A stretch of DNA of 64,000 nt from Patescibacteria group bacterium (GTDB taxonomy: Bacteria > Patescibacteriota > Patescibacteriia > UBA10025 > JAHIVO01): positions 622,503 through 686,502 of the forward strand of contig JBAZWB010000001.1 of NCBI GenBank assembly GCA_041660605.1. The letters run 5' to 3'. The notes under the pieces were generated by a model. The model saw only the letters and a list, made by a program, of their open reading frames with translations. It had not been told where the DNA came from and made no database searches. Numbering within the stretch: position 1 is the stretch's first letter; each line of letters starts with the position of its first letter. This document shows, piece by piece, positions 18,204-27,293 of this stretch. Both the position numbers and the translations under genes were made by a program.

Positions 18204-18690
18204 ACTCTTCCTGATGATTTTCTAGCTTATTTCTTTTATACAATAAAAATAAACCGGCAATTATTATTATTATAGGCCACCATTTGCCATCGGTAACCGT
18301 GCTGAGAAGTACTATGGCGGAGACGGTAGTCAAGATCCAGCCAGGTATTAGATAACCTCTATTCTTTTTTTGTGGGAAATAATAAGCGCAAAAGAAACCC
18401 AGGCCTATTGCCAGGGTAAACAAGAAGGAAGTTTCGCCGGCAAACTTATAATTTGTATATTCATTATAAAAAAAGTATAAACTATATATTATTAATATCG
18501 TACCTGGTATCAATAAGCCGCCGTCTCTATTTTTATTCCAAAAAAATATCACCCATAATGCTATGCCAGGCAAAAGTAAAAAAATAGGCCAAAATGAGCC
18601 AAAATTTATATCTAATCCAAATTGATCAGCCAGCAATAATAGTCCTAGAGCGATCATTACAACTCCCCAAAATATTCTTGATTTAGACAT
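18187..18690 (-). CDS. Membrane protein with repeated LiaF/PspC-type TM modules
   Basis: GVVMIALGLLLLADQFG...WPIFLLLPGIALWVIFF and WWPIIIIIAGLFLLY repeats are present, with 4-5 TM helices. Confidence 0.5.
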   Translation of the reverse strand: MSKSRIFWGVVMIALGLLLLADQFGLDINFGSFWPIFLLLPGIALWVIFFWNKNRDGGLLIPGTILIIYSLYFFYNEYTNYKFAGETSFLFTLAIGLGFFCAYYFPQKKNRGYLIPGWILTTVSAIVLLSTVTDGKWWPIIIIIAGLFLLYKRNKLENHQEEFEKNE

Positions 18691-18753
18691 ATCGAAAATA
18701 GATTATGTTCTAAACATAGCACATAATTTCCAATTTTTCAATAATCACTAATT

Positions 18754-20382
18754 TTATATTTTTACGATCTGCCCAGGTTTCAATGTGTGTGAATTATTCA
18801 TCTTAGGCTGATGAGGACGAAAGTTATTTTTTGCTACAGGTTTAAATTTGGGTTTTTCTTGGATCGCCTCAGGATGCTTGTCGGGGCGCTTATTATAAAA
18901 ACTCTGTGGTTTTTGCATTAATGCCTGTTGCAAGGAAATTCCCTTATTACTGCTGTCCAGTGTAATGGTTTCCAATTTGCCTATTTCAATCTCTGTCTTT
19001 TTCTCAGGCTTATTGTGAAAATTAGGAGTACTTTTTGGATGGTTAAAGGCTGATTTTTTTTGAGGGGGTTTATCGTATCCCTTTTCTTCTTTCATTACTT
19101 CATCAACGCCGGTCCAGCGTACTATTTTCTCTTCTACAATTTTACGCGGTTTTGTATACCTTTCACGGGAAACTTTAACAACTTTTCCTTTGTTATTTGT
19201 TAAAGCTGCTTCCGGCGGTAACGTTGTTGCGGAAAATGGTTCAGAGGCAACACCATCAATCATTAATTTTAAATAAACATTATATTTCGTTAAATTCAAA
19301 AGATCATCTTCTGTAAAAGTAGGAAAAAATTCTTTTGCCAAAAATTCAGCATCTGCTGCACCGACCCTAAAGCACATTATGGTACCAACGTTACCAAAAA
19401 CCGCAGCTCTCACTTCTTCATCCAGCTGTTCGATGTATTGATGAGCAAGAACTAAACTAAGTCTGTATTTTCTCGCTTCAGATAAAATACTGGCAAAACT
19501 TTCTGTGGCAAAATTTTGAAATTCGTCTACATACAAATAAAAATCTTGCCTGTCCTTTTCTTCAATGTCAACGCGGCTCATAGCGGCCAATTGTATGCGG
19601 GTTATCATCATGGCGCCCAATAAGGAAGAGTTATCTTCACCAATTCTACCCTTGGATAAGTTAAGCAGTAATATCTTATGATTATCCATCAAATTTCGTA
19701 AATCGATGGTACTTTTTGGTTGTCCAACGATATTCCTGATGATTGCGCTTGAGAGGAACTGCCCCACTTTATTTTGAATAGGCGCTATCGCTTCGTTTCT
19801 AAAATTTGTATTGTAGTTTGCGTATTCATCTACCCAGAAACTTTTTACAATCGGATCAGTTAATTTGGATACTACTTTTTGCCTGTATCTTTTATCAACC
19901 AAAATTCTGGCAATGCCGAGCATCGTCGAGCCAGGAGATTCCAAAAGGGCTAAAATTGCGTTATTTAATATATATTCCATTCTAGCGCTCCAGACACCTT
20001 CCCATATTTTTGTGAAAACACCCATTAATCCGGAAGCAACTAAATGGCGCTGAGCCGGATCAACGCTTTCCAGGACATTAAAACCGATAGGAAAATCTAC
20101 ATCTGCCGGATTGAAATAAATTACGTCGTTAATACGATATGATGGGATATACTCAATTACTTTTTCAACTAGATCGCCGTGCGGATCAACTAGGGCCAGG
20201 CCGCGCCCAGATCTAATGTCAGAAATGACCATATTTTCCAAAACGGTAGTTTTCCCCATTCCAGTTTTACCGATTAAATACATATGCCGGCGCCGGTCGT
20301 CTTCTTTTATGCCAAAAACATTGTTCGCATTGCGAAAATTTGTTTTTGCAAAAGGCGTAATGTCGCTCTTATTATTTTCCAT
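18754..20382 (-). CDS. FtsK/HerA/TrwB-superfamily P-loop ATPase (DUF87 / T4SS-coupling-protein-like). The core is cytoplasmic and the C-terminus is a low-complexity tail.
   Basis: Walker A is LIGKTGMGKTTVL, followed by LVDPHGDL. Walker B is LYVDEFQNF and the arginine-finger/sensor region is ARKYRLSLVLAHQYIEQL. There is no TM helix. The C-terminal roughly 120 aa are K/P-rich. Confidence 0.65.
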   Translation of the reverse strand: MENNKSDITPFAKTNFRNANNVFGIKEDDRRRHMYLIGKTGMGKTTVLENMVISDIRSGRGLALVDPHGDLVEKVIEYIPSYRINDVIYFNPADVDFPIGFNVLESVDPAQRHLVASGLMGVFTKIWEGVWSARMEYILNNAILALLESPGSTMLGIARILVDKRYRQKVVSKLTDPIVKSFWVDEYANYNTNFRNEAIAPIQNKVGQFLSSAIIRNIVGQPKSTIDLRNLMDNHKILLLNLSKGRIGEDNSSLLGAMMITRIQLAAMSRVDIEEKDRQDFYLYVDEFQNFATESFASILSEARKYRLSLVLAHQYIEQLDEEVRAAVFGNVGTIMCFRVGAADAEFLAKEFFPTFTEDDLLNLTKYNVYLKLMIDGVASEPFSATTLPPEAALTNNKGKVVKVSRERYTKPRKIVEEKIVRWTGVDEVMKEEKGYDKPPQKKSAFNHPKSTPNFHNKPEKKTEIEIGKLETITLDSSNKGISLQQALMQKPQSFYNKRPDKHPEAIQEKPKFKPVAKNNFRPHQPKMNNSHTLKPGQIVKI

Positions 20383-20384
20383 AA

Positions 20385-21809
20385 TTAAGCAAATGGTAAA
20401 TTAACAGGCGGTGTACCTTTAGGTTCGGCAGTTGACGTCGGCTTACCAGAGGCAGGTTTAGATGGTTGTTTCGAAAAAACGCTTTCTTCTTCCATTGGTA
20501 ATCCCATAGGCGGAGTTGATTTTCTTGCGTCAACCGTCTGTACGGAAGGTACTTTTATGTCAATTTGTGGGAAATGCCATAATGTAGCCAATTCTTCTAT
20601 ATTCAGAACGAATCCCGGCCTGCCTCTTTTCATGCTTCTATATCTATAACCCCATAAAATTCTTCTAATTCTACCTAGTAATCTTGTTTTTATGAAATAG
20701 TAGTCAATTTTAGTCCTGGTTTTTTTATTAACAACAAAACCATTTAAATTCTGCGAAGTAAATTGCGCGAATGCGCCGTTTATTGCATACGTACCCTTAG
20801 ACTTATTAAATCTGTCTTTTGGTGCTGAATATATGTATCTAATTTTTGTTTTGAAGCCAAGCTTGCCGATTTTCATGCCAACTGCTTCTACCACCTCTTT
20901 TTCCTGGGGAGATAAATGCTGCATCATACTCGGCCATTCCCTCTCTTTTTTTTGCTTTTGTTCGCCCATTTCAGTAGTTGGGACAAATGTAGCGGTAAAT
21001 GATTCAGATAACCCCCGACCTATTTCCCTGGGAAAATACATCAGATCAACTCCTTTTTTATCAGATTTCTTGCCAATCAGCTTATTAATGAGTGCTAAAC
21101 CTTTTTTCCTCCATTCCTCTCCAACTGGCGCTATGATAATTTGTATCCATAAGCTCTCTCCGGGACCCATGCGACTCATAATTTCTAAAATTGAAGCCAT
21201 GGGATCCATTAATTTCTGCGATAAACTGTGCTCAAATAACGGATAAGTCCGTATCGGATATAAATCGGTATTTTGTAATTTGAATTCTGTCCCCCATATA
21301 TCATATTTAGGATGATAAAATTCTAAAGGTTTTGGTATCATATCAACATAATCCTCAACTTCGGTAATTTCAGCATCTGGATACTGCGCATAAACGGCCG
21401 CTTCAACTAAATCGCGAAACTTAACTGGAGTGCGAATTAAAAACTGGATATACCCTTCTATACTGACAATTTCCAAACTAAAGCTTGGCTGCGTATATCC
21501 TTTGATATATTTATCTTTTAAATTTCCAGATTTTTTTATGCCGTACAAATGAGAAAAAATATGTTCAACAGCCTTAGGACTTTGTTCATTATTTTTAGGA
21601 ATGTCAATTGCCAAAAGGACAAACTTCAAGGAACTATCATAACGATTGCGAATATACTCCTTATATGCTTCCCATAATCCCCAAAATATTACAGCTAGCA
21701 CGAAAATCCATCCGCCTTTGAGAAAAATAAAAACCATGGCACTTAACGGGTTTGAAGTGCTTGGCAGGGAGTTAAATAATGTTACCGGATCAAAAAGTAA
21801 AAAATTCAT
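20385..21809 (-). CDS. Hypothetical membrane-anchored protein, operonic partner of the ATPase
   Basis: One or two N-terminal TM helices (MVFIFLKGGWIFVLAVIFWGLW). There is a 2-nt spacing to the downstream ATPase and a 19-nt spacing from the upstream regulator. The tail is P/S/T-rich. I recognise no known domain. Confidence 0.45.
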   Translation of the reverse strand: MNFLLFDPVTLFNSLPSTSNPLSAMVFIFLKGGWIFVLAVIFWGLWEAYKEYIRNRYDSSLKFVLLAIDIPKNNEQSPKAVEHIFSHLYGIKKSGNLKDKYIKGYTQPSFSLEIVSIEGYIQFLIRTPVKFRDLVEAAVYAQYPDAEITEVEDYVDMIPKPLEFYHPKYDIWGTEFKLQNTDLYPIRTYPLFEHSLSQKLMDPMASILEIMSRMGPGESLWIQIIIAPVGEEWRKKGLALINKLIGKKSDKKGVDLMYFPREIGRGLSESFTATFVPTTEMGEQKQKKEREWPSMMQHLSPQEKEVVEAVGMKIGKLGFKTKIRYIYSAPKDRFNKSKGTYAINGAFAQFTSQNLNGFVVNKKTRTKIDYYFIKTRLLGRIRRILWGYRYRSMKRGRPGFVLNIEELATLWHFPQIDIKVPSVQTVDARKSTPPMGLPMEEESVFSKQPSKPASGKPTSTAEPKGTPPVNLPFA

Positions 21810-21828
21810 TTCGTTGCTAATTTTGTTT

Positions 21829-22944
21829 TTACTCCACTAATGCATATGTCCCATCCGAGAGTTTTTTGAATTTTGTTTTATCGGTTAGCGCTAAATGAAT
21901 GGTATTCTTTTTTACCAGTCTTTGTTCAAGTACTTTCTCAACTAAATCATCGCGCGTTAATGGTTTTTCATTTTTTTGAATAATCTCTTTCAATACGTTG
22001 GCCACTACCCCAGGCTTATATCCCCACTCTTTCAGAGCATAAATGCCTCGGCCGACTAGCACATATTGATCGTTTAATATAAGTTCGTTATGGACAGTCG
22101 GAGGATAGGCTTTTCTGGTGTCAAATTTTGCGTCATTTATTCTTTTTGCAATCTCCGTAAAATGAAGAGGTTTACCATATTTTTTTAAAATTAAATAAAT
22201 TTTATCATTCATTCTTTTCGGAATTATACTCCCCCACTCAATTAATCCATATTCGTTAAAAGGATTTTTAGATATTTTCGAGCTTATTTCCAGATATGAA
22301 TGAATCGCTTCTACAGACAGTTGGATCTGATTTTTTTGGTAAAACTCGGTTTTTTGAAATTCTGAAATTACGTCATCTAGAATTACCGGTTTACTTTTTT
22401 CCTGAATTATTCGAAGTAACTCATTAATGGATTCTTTCATCAATAATATTGGCGCATGCAATATCTGCCATGATTTTTTAAATTCAATACTGAGTTTGAT
22501 TTCTTTGAATTTATGCTTAAGTAATTCAGAAATGATAAATATAATATTCTGACGATTAATTGAAGTATCTCCAACCGCCTGTAATAAAAGTTTAAGCATC
22601 ATTTCTTGATTTATTACTCCGCCATATTGTTCCAAAACAGAAAAAATTGTAGCTTCAACTGGCGAAATAATGTCGTTGAAGTTCTTTATCTTTTTAATTT
22701 TTTTTATCCCCGTTGACTCAATCTGCCTTATTCGCTCTCTGGTCACCTGATATGTTTCTCCAATTTTTTCTAAAGTTTCTCTTTCTTTGCCTAGTAATCC
22801 ATGGCGTCTCCTCAATACATCCTCTTCCCGTGAAGTAAGATTTTTTAATAATAAAGAGACTACTTCCGTAGGATTAAATTGCTCAATCTCATTCGTTTTT
22901 TTACTGCTAATTATACGGTCTAAAATTGAATTATTTTGATCCAT
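21829..22944 (-). CDS. DNA-binding protein with a sigma-70 region 4-like HTH near the N-terminus and a HARE-HTH winged helix in the C-terminal region
   Basis: LTSREEDVLRRRHGLLGKERETLEKIGETYQVTRERIRQIESTGIKKIK matches sigma region 4. KPLHFTEIAKRINDAKFDTRKAYPPTVHNELILNDQYVLVGRGIYALKEWGY matches the HARE-HTH consensus. Confidence 0.55.
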   Translation of the reverse strand: MDQNNSILDRIISSKKTNEIEQFNPTEVVSLLLKNLTSREEDVLRRRHGLLGKERETLEKIGETYQVTRERIRQIESTGIKKIKKIKNFNDIISPVEATIFSVLEQYGGVINQEMMLKLLLQAVGDTSINRQNIIFIISELLKHKFKEIKLSIEFKKSWQILHAPILLMKESINELLRIIQEKSKPVILDDVISEFQKTEFYQKNQIQLSVEAIHSYLEISSKISKNPFNEYGLIEWGSIIPKRMNDKIYLILKKYGKPLHFTEIAKRINDAKFDTRKAYPPTVHNELILNDQYVLVGRGIYALKEWGYKPGVVANVLKEIIQKNEKPLTRDDLVEKVLEQRLVKKNTIHLALTDKTKFKKLSDGTYALVE

Positions 22945-23098
22945 AGCATTAATTTAATGAAATAACATCTTTAGTATAGCATACTTTGGTATTTGTGTCA
23001 AGAGATTCCTCTGATTAAAACAAATTATTGATTTATTTGCAAATAAAAAAACATACATATTAATATATATGGGTATTGAAATTTATACTTATTTAACT

Positions 23099-24004
23099 TT
23101 ATTTGTTGGGTCTGAGTGAAAAATTTCTCCAAACTACAAGCAATGGGCTGGCAATGAATATAGATGAATATGTACCTGCAGTTATGCCGATCAGCAAAGC
23201 TAGAATGAAATACTGGATTGAACTTCCCCCGAATAAATACAGTGCCAGTAAAACTAATAATGTAGTCAATGATGTGTTTAGTGATCTAACCATCGTTTGA
23301 TTAACACTTTCATTTACCGTTTGTTCGAAAGTTTTTTCTGCATGCAATTTCAATCTTTCTCTTATTCTATCATAAACCACGATGGTGTCATGCACTGAGA
23401 ATCCCAAAACGGTAAGTAAAGCAGTGATAAATAATATATCGATCTCTACGTTAAAAAATTTTCCTAAAATTGCAAAGATCCCCACTACTATAAAAATATC
23501 ATGGACTAAAGCTATGACAGCACCCAATCCATACACCCATGGTTTAACGATATTGCCTGAAATTTTTCGAAAAGCAAAAGATATATAGAGAATTATCGAT
23601 AGTAAAACCAGTATCACAGCTATTATGGCTTTCTGTTTCAGCTCTTGCCCTATAATCGGGCCGATTGATTCAAAACTTCCTTCCTGTACATCAGGATATT
23701 TAATTTTTAATTTTGCTAAAATATCCTGATATGTCTGATTATCAATATTTTTAAGTCTGATTGTAAATTCGTTATTTCCTAGCGGCTGAACAAATATATT
23801 ATTGTCATTGGCAACTTCATTTACTAGGCTTTTGATATCACTGATTGACGGCTGTTCATTTGGGATTGTTACTCTGATCAAACTGCCACCAGTAAAATCG
23901 ATGCCCAGTTTCAAACCGCCCATGGCAATTGCAATAATGCCGGGAATCATAATAATCGCCGAAACTATAAACCAGATATTTCTTTTACCAATTAAATTAA
24001 ACAT
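23099..24004 (-). CDS. secF: Protein translocase subunit SecF
   Basis: LGIDFTGGSLIRV, followed by 6 TM helices. It is immediately downstream of secD. Confidence 0.9.
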   Translation of the reverse strand: MFNLIGKRNIWFIVSAIIMIPGIIAIAMGGLKLGIDFTGGSLIRVTIPNEQPSISDIKSLVNEVANDNNIFVQPLGNNEFTIRLKNIDNQTYQDILAKLKIKYPDVQEGSFESIGPIIGQELKQKAIIAVILVLLSIILYISFAFRKISGNIVKPWVYGLGAVIALVHDIFIVVGIFAILGKFFNVEIDILFITALLTVLGFSVHDTIVVYDRIRERLKLHAEKTFEQTVNESVNQTMVRSLNTSLTTLLVLLALYLFGGSSIQYFILALLIGITAGTYSSIFIASPLLVVWRNFSLRPNK

Positions 24005-24007
24005 AAA

Positions 24008-25687
24008 TTAACTCTGTTGAATTTTATTTTTAAGTGTTCGGCCAATTAATCCCAGATGCTTCTCAAGCCAGCCAGAAACCAGCAGTCGTAAAAACGTTCT
24101 GGTAACGGTAATTGCCGAAAACATGCTGACCAAAACACCGATACCCAGGGTTATAGCAAAGCCTTTAATAACACTAGTTCCGAACCAGGCCAGGATAAAA
24201 CACGTAATTAAGCTTGATATATTCGAATCACGGATTGAAAGCCAGGCCCGACTAAATCCTTCTTCAATTGCCAGACCTAAATTTTTACCATCTCTTAATT
24301 CTTCACGTGTGCGCTCAAAAATAAGTATATTTGCGTCTACGGCCATTCCGATTGATAATATAAAACCAGCGATTCCTGCCAAGGTTAAAGTGATGCCAGT
24401 TAATTTGAAAATTGAAACGGTAATTAAGGCATATATAAACAAGGCGATAACCGATATCAATCCTGGCAGGCGATAATAAACTATCATGAATATAGCCACC
24501 AAAGTTAAACCGATTACACCGGCTAATAAGCTTTTTTGTACTGATGCCTGGCCCAGTGTTGCGCCGATCGAATTTTGAGATACCAAAGTGATCGGTACCG
24601 GCAGAGCGCCGGCATTCAACCTCTGTACAAGCATTTTAGCTTCTTCAAGAGTAAATCCACCACCACCTGATATTACCGCACTACCATCTAAAATTGGCTC
24701 ATTCACTTTCGGTAAGGAGATCGGAGAACCATCCAAATATATGCCAACCACTTTACCGACATTTCGTTTTGTAATTTCAGCAAATAAATCCCTTCCTTCT
24801 GTATTAAATTCCAGCAAGACCTGGGGCTCATTTGTGTTTTGATCAAATTGGACGGAAGCGCGTTTTAATTCTTTACCCGAAAGTCCAGTATTGGTAAATT
24901 GCGTCTGCCCTGTAGTTGACTGTTTAGTAAATAGAATATGACTGGCGCTGACTTGATTGTCCTTTTCTCCAGTTTTTTTGATGATATGATAACCAAAATC
25001 CGTTTCTACGATCTCAGGATAGATTTCGTCAACTTTCATCTTATCAAAAACTACATTGGCAAATTCAGGCACCATCTGTTCTCTGGTAAAAAAGCCGAGA
25101 TCACCACCTTTTTTCTCTTGAGTTGTCTGATCGGTATTTCCCGGATCCTGCGAATATTGGTTAGCTAAAGCTGCAAAATCTGCGTTAGGCTTGAGTGCTT
25201 CCTGCAGAATTTCAGCCGCTTTTTGCTTAGCCTGAGCATTTGCATCGTCAATGGTTTTAATCTGATCAGCAGTAAGCGTGGTAGTAGTCTCCTCTTTAAA
25301 TTCCAAAAGAGGGGTCTCACCAATCATTTTTATTGCTTCATCGACATTTGTAACGCCAGCTAATTCCACAATAACCCGCCATTTTTCCCCTACTTTACTA
25401 GTTTGTATAACAGGCTCGGAAACGCCAAAAGCATTTACCCTGCGTTCAATTACGTCACGGACGCCATCAATAGAGGAGGCCTGGTCAGCGGCTGGAACTT
25501 GAGAAACATTCGCATCATATACTAATTGGGTTCCTCCCTGTAAATCCAAGCCTAAATGAATTTTTACTTCTTTAAAATAACTGCCAATATGGATATCCGG
25601 GCCTTTAGGATAAGCAAATAAACCGGCCAAAATAGCCAAAATAATAATACCCGCAAATGTCAGCCAGATTTTTTTCCTAAAACTCAT
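24008..25687 (-). CDS. secD: Protein translocase subunit SecD carrying a parvulin-like (PpiC-type) PPIase domain inserted in the periplasmic P1 head
   Basis: SecD motifs GLDLQGGTQLVYDANV, GETPLLEF and LNAGALPVP are present, with the RND-like TM bundle. Inside P1, roughly aa 140-250, lies DFAALANQYSQDPG...GGDLGFFTREQMVPEFANVVF...TDFGYHIIKK...SASHILF. Confidence 0.88.
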   Translation of the reverse strand: MSFRKKIWLTFAGIIILAILAGLFAYPKGPDIHIGSYFKEVKIHLGLDLQGGTQLVYDANVSQVPAADQASSIDGVRDVIERRVNAFGVSEPVIQTSKVGEKWRVIVELAGVTNVDEAIKMIGETPLLEFKEETTTTLTADQIKTIDDANAQAKQKAAEILQEALKPNADFAALANQYSQDPGNTDQTTQEKKGGDLGFFTREQMVPEFANVVFDKMKVDEIYPEIVETDFGYHIIKKTGEKDNQVSASHILFTKQSTTGQTQFTNTGLSGKELKRASVQFDQNTNEPQVLLEFNTEGRDLFAEITKRNVGKVVGIYLDGSPISLPKVNEPILDGSAVISGGGGFTLEEAKMLVQRLNAGALPVPITLVSQNSIGATLGQASVQKSLLAGVIGLTLVAIFMIVYYRLPGLISVIALFIYALITVSIFKLTGITLTLAGIAGFILSIGMAVDANILIFERTREELRDGKNLGLAIEEGFSRAWLSIRDSNISSLITCFILAWFGTSVIKGFAITLGIGVLVSMFSAITVTRTFLRLLVSGWLEKHLGLIGRTLKNKIQQS

Positions 25688-25780
25688 AAATTAAATATAA
25701 AAAAAAGACAGATATATATCATATTCATAATACTGTCTATTATATCAAATTAGTTTATTTATGGCTATAGAAGGAATTAT

Positions 25781-27187
25781 CTATGGCTGAACAATTACCG
25801 TTGTGCCAATAGATGTGAAATTATAGAGCCATTCTGCATCCGGATAAGCAATATTTACGCAGCCATGACTCATCTTATGTCCAAAATTGTTATGCCAATA
25901 GGCTCCATGCAATAACCGGCTGCCATCAAAACGCATGTTCCACAAAGTATTTGGTAAATAGTAATCCGGACCGGAATAAAGCTTTGAATAAATTTTTTGG
26001 CTGACCTTAAAATTTCCAGGCTGCGTATCCATTCCTGGGATTCCAGTTGAAACTAAAAAAGTTTTTAATAGCAGGCCGCCTTCGTAGGCCCACAATCTTT
26101 GTTCTGATATATCAACAAGAATTTTTGAAACTTTACCCTGATAATTTTTTTTATTTGGTATAGTTATTAGTTCATCATCTCCATCTCCATTAATGTCACC
26201 GCTTGCAATATTTACTCCGCCTCTGAAATCATTTTCATATGCAAAGAAATTTAGACTTTTCACTTCTCCATAAGCCTCAAAAGCTCTGACTTGCGGCCCC
26301 CCGCCTGTATTAGCTGCCGCGACTATTTCATCTAATCCGTCTCCGTCAATATCCGCACCGGCTAAATTTACCCCACCCATAAAATTTTGTGGAAAAGCTT
26401 TAAACTCGCCTAATGGCGGCTGATTAGCACCAACTTTAATTACTTTTATCCAGGCGGAGTCCTGGCTTTGAACACCGAGAATTAATTCATCTTCTATACC
26501 GCCATCAACATTAGCGACAGCCAGACTAACGCCGCCTGTAAAATCTGGATGAAATGGGTAGACATTAAAATCCAGCTTATCGCCATAACGATTAAAGATA
26601 TTTACTTTCGGTTCAGTATTATAAGCTGGAGCTACGATAATTTCTTTCAGTCCGCCTCCGTCAATATCCCCTACTGCAACATTAAATCCAGCTTTCATAT
26701 TTCTGTCATAGGCAAAAAATCCGGGAGTAAATACCGGTTCACCATATCTATTAAATACTCTAATATGGGCCGAGCCTTCTGATTTCGGTGCTGTTACTAT
26801 TTCCGCATTACCATCTCCATCCAAATCACCGCAAGCGACATTCACCCCTCCATGAAATTTGACGTCATAAGCAAAAAATCCGGGAGTAAAAACAGCGCTT
26901 CCCTTACTATCAAAAATTCTGACCTGAGGGCCTCCGCCTATACCGGCACTAACTACAATTTCATCGACACCATTCCCATCCAGATCACATATAGCAACCG
27001 ATCCGCCACCGTTAAAATTCTGTCCGAAAGGAGTAATACTATCCCGTATAGGAGAAGAATCAGCTTTAAATATTTTTATCTCTGTACTTCTTTCATCAAA
27101 CGCGCTAGCAATCCTAGGTAAAACAAAAAAACACGTTATTAATATAAATAATACGTATAATTTCAGCATTTTGCTGATTTTAGCCAT
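25781..27187 (-). CDS. Secreted FG-GAP/beta-propeller repeat protein fused to a C-terminal L,D-transpeptidase (YkuD) catalytic domain
   Basis: A signal peptide is present. Repeated GDLDGDGNAEIV, GDIDGGGLKEII, ADIDGDGLDEIV and GDINGDGDDELI motifs are calcium-binding FG-GAP-like. The C-terminus reads LHGAYWHNNFGHKMSHGCVNIAYPDAEWLY, the L,D-transpeptidase His...SHGC motif. Confidence 0.75.
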   Translation of the reverse strand: MAKISKMLKLYVLFILITCFFVLPRIASAFDERSTEIKIFKADSSPIRDSITPFGQNFNGGGSVAICDLDGNGVDEIVVSAGIGGGPQVRIFDSKGSAVFTPGFFAYDVKFHGGVNVACGDLDGDGNAEIVTAPKSEGSAHIRVFNRYGEPVFTPGFFAYDRNMKAGFNVAVGDIDGGGLKEIIVAPAYNTEPKVNIFNRYGDKLDFNVYPFHPDFTGGVSLAVANVDGGIEDELILGVQSQDSAWIKVIKVGANQPPLGEFKAFPQNFMGGVNLAGADIDGDGLDEIVAAANTGGGPQVRAFEAYGEVKSLNFFAYENDFRGGVNIASGDINGDGDDELITIPNKKNYQGKVSKILVDISEQRLWAYEGGLLLKTFLVSTGIPGMDTQPGNFKVSQKIYSKLYSGPDYYLPNTLWNMRFDGSRLLHGAYWHNNFGHKMSHGCVNIAYPDAEWLYNFTSIGTTVIVQP

Positions 27188-27293
27188 AATTTTTTTATTT
27201 ATTTTTGCTTTATGTATTTATTCTATCATATTTTTATGTTTTTGTAAAGTACAATCTTCTGAAAAACACAGGATTACGTCTAAATATCAAATC

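Noticed and set aside
18754-20382. Calling the 542-aa ATPase a VirD4/TraG type IV coupling protein or VirB4
   Set aside because: There are no N-terminal transmembrane helices, which VirD4 has. It is too short for VirB4, and no other T4SS components are in the window. It is kept at the superfamily level (FtsK/HerA/TrwB).
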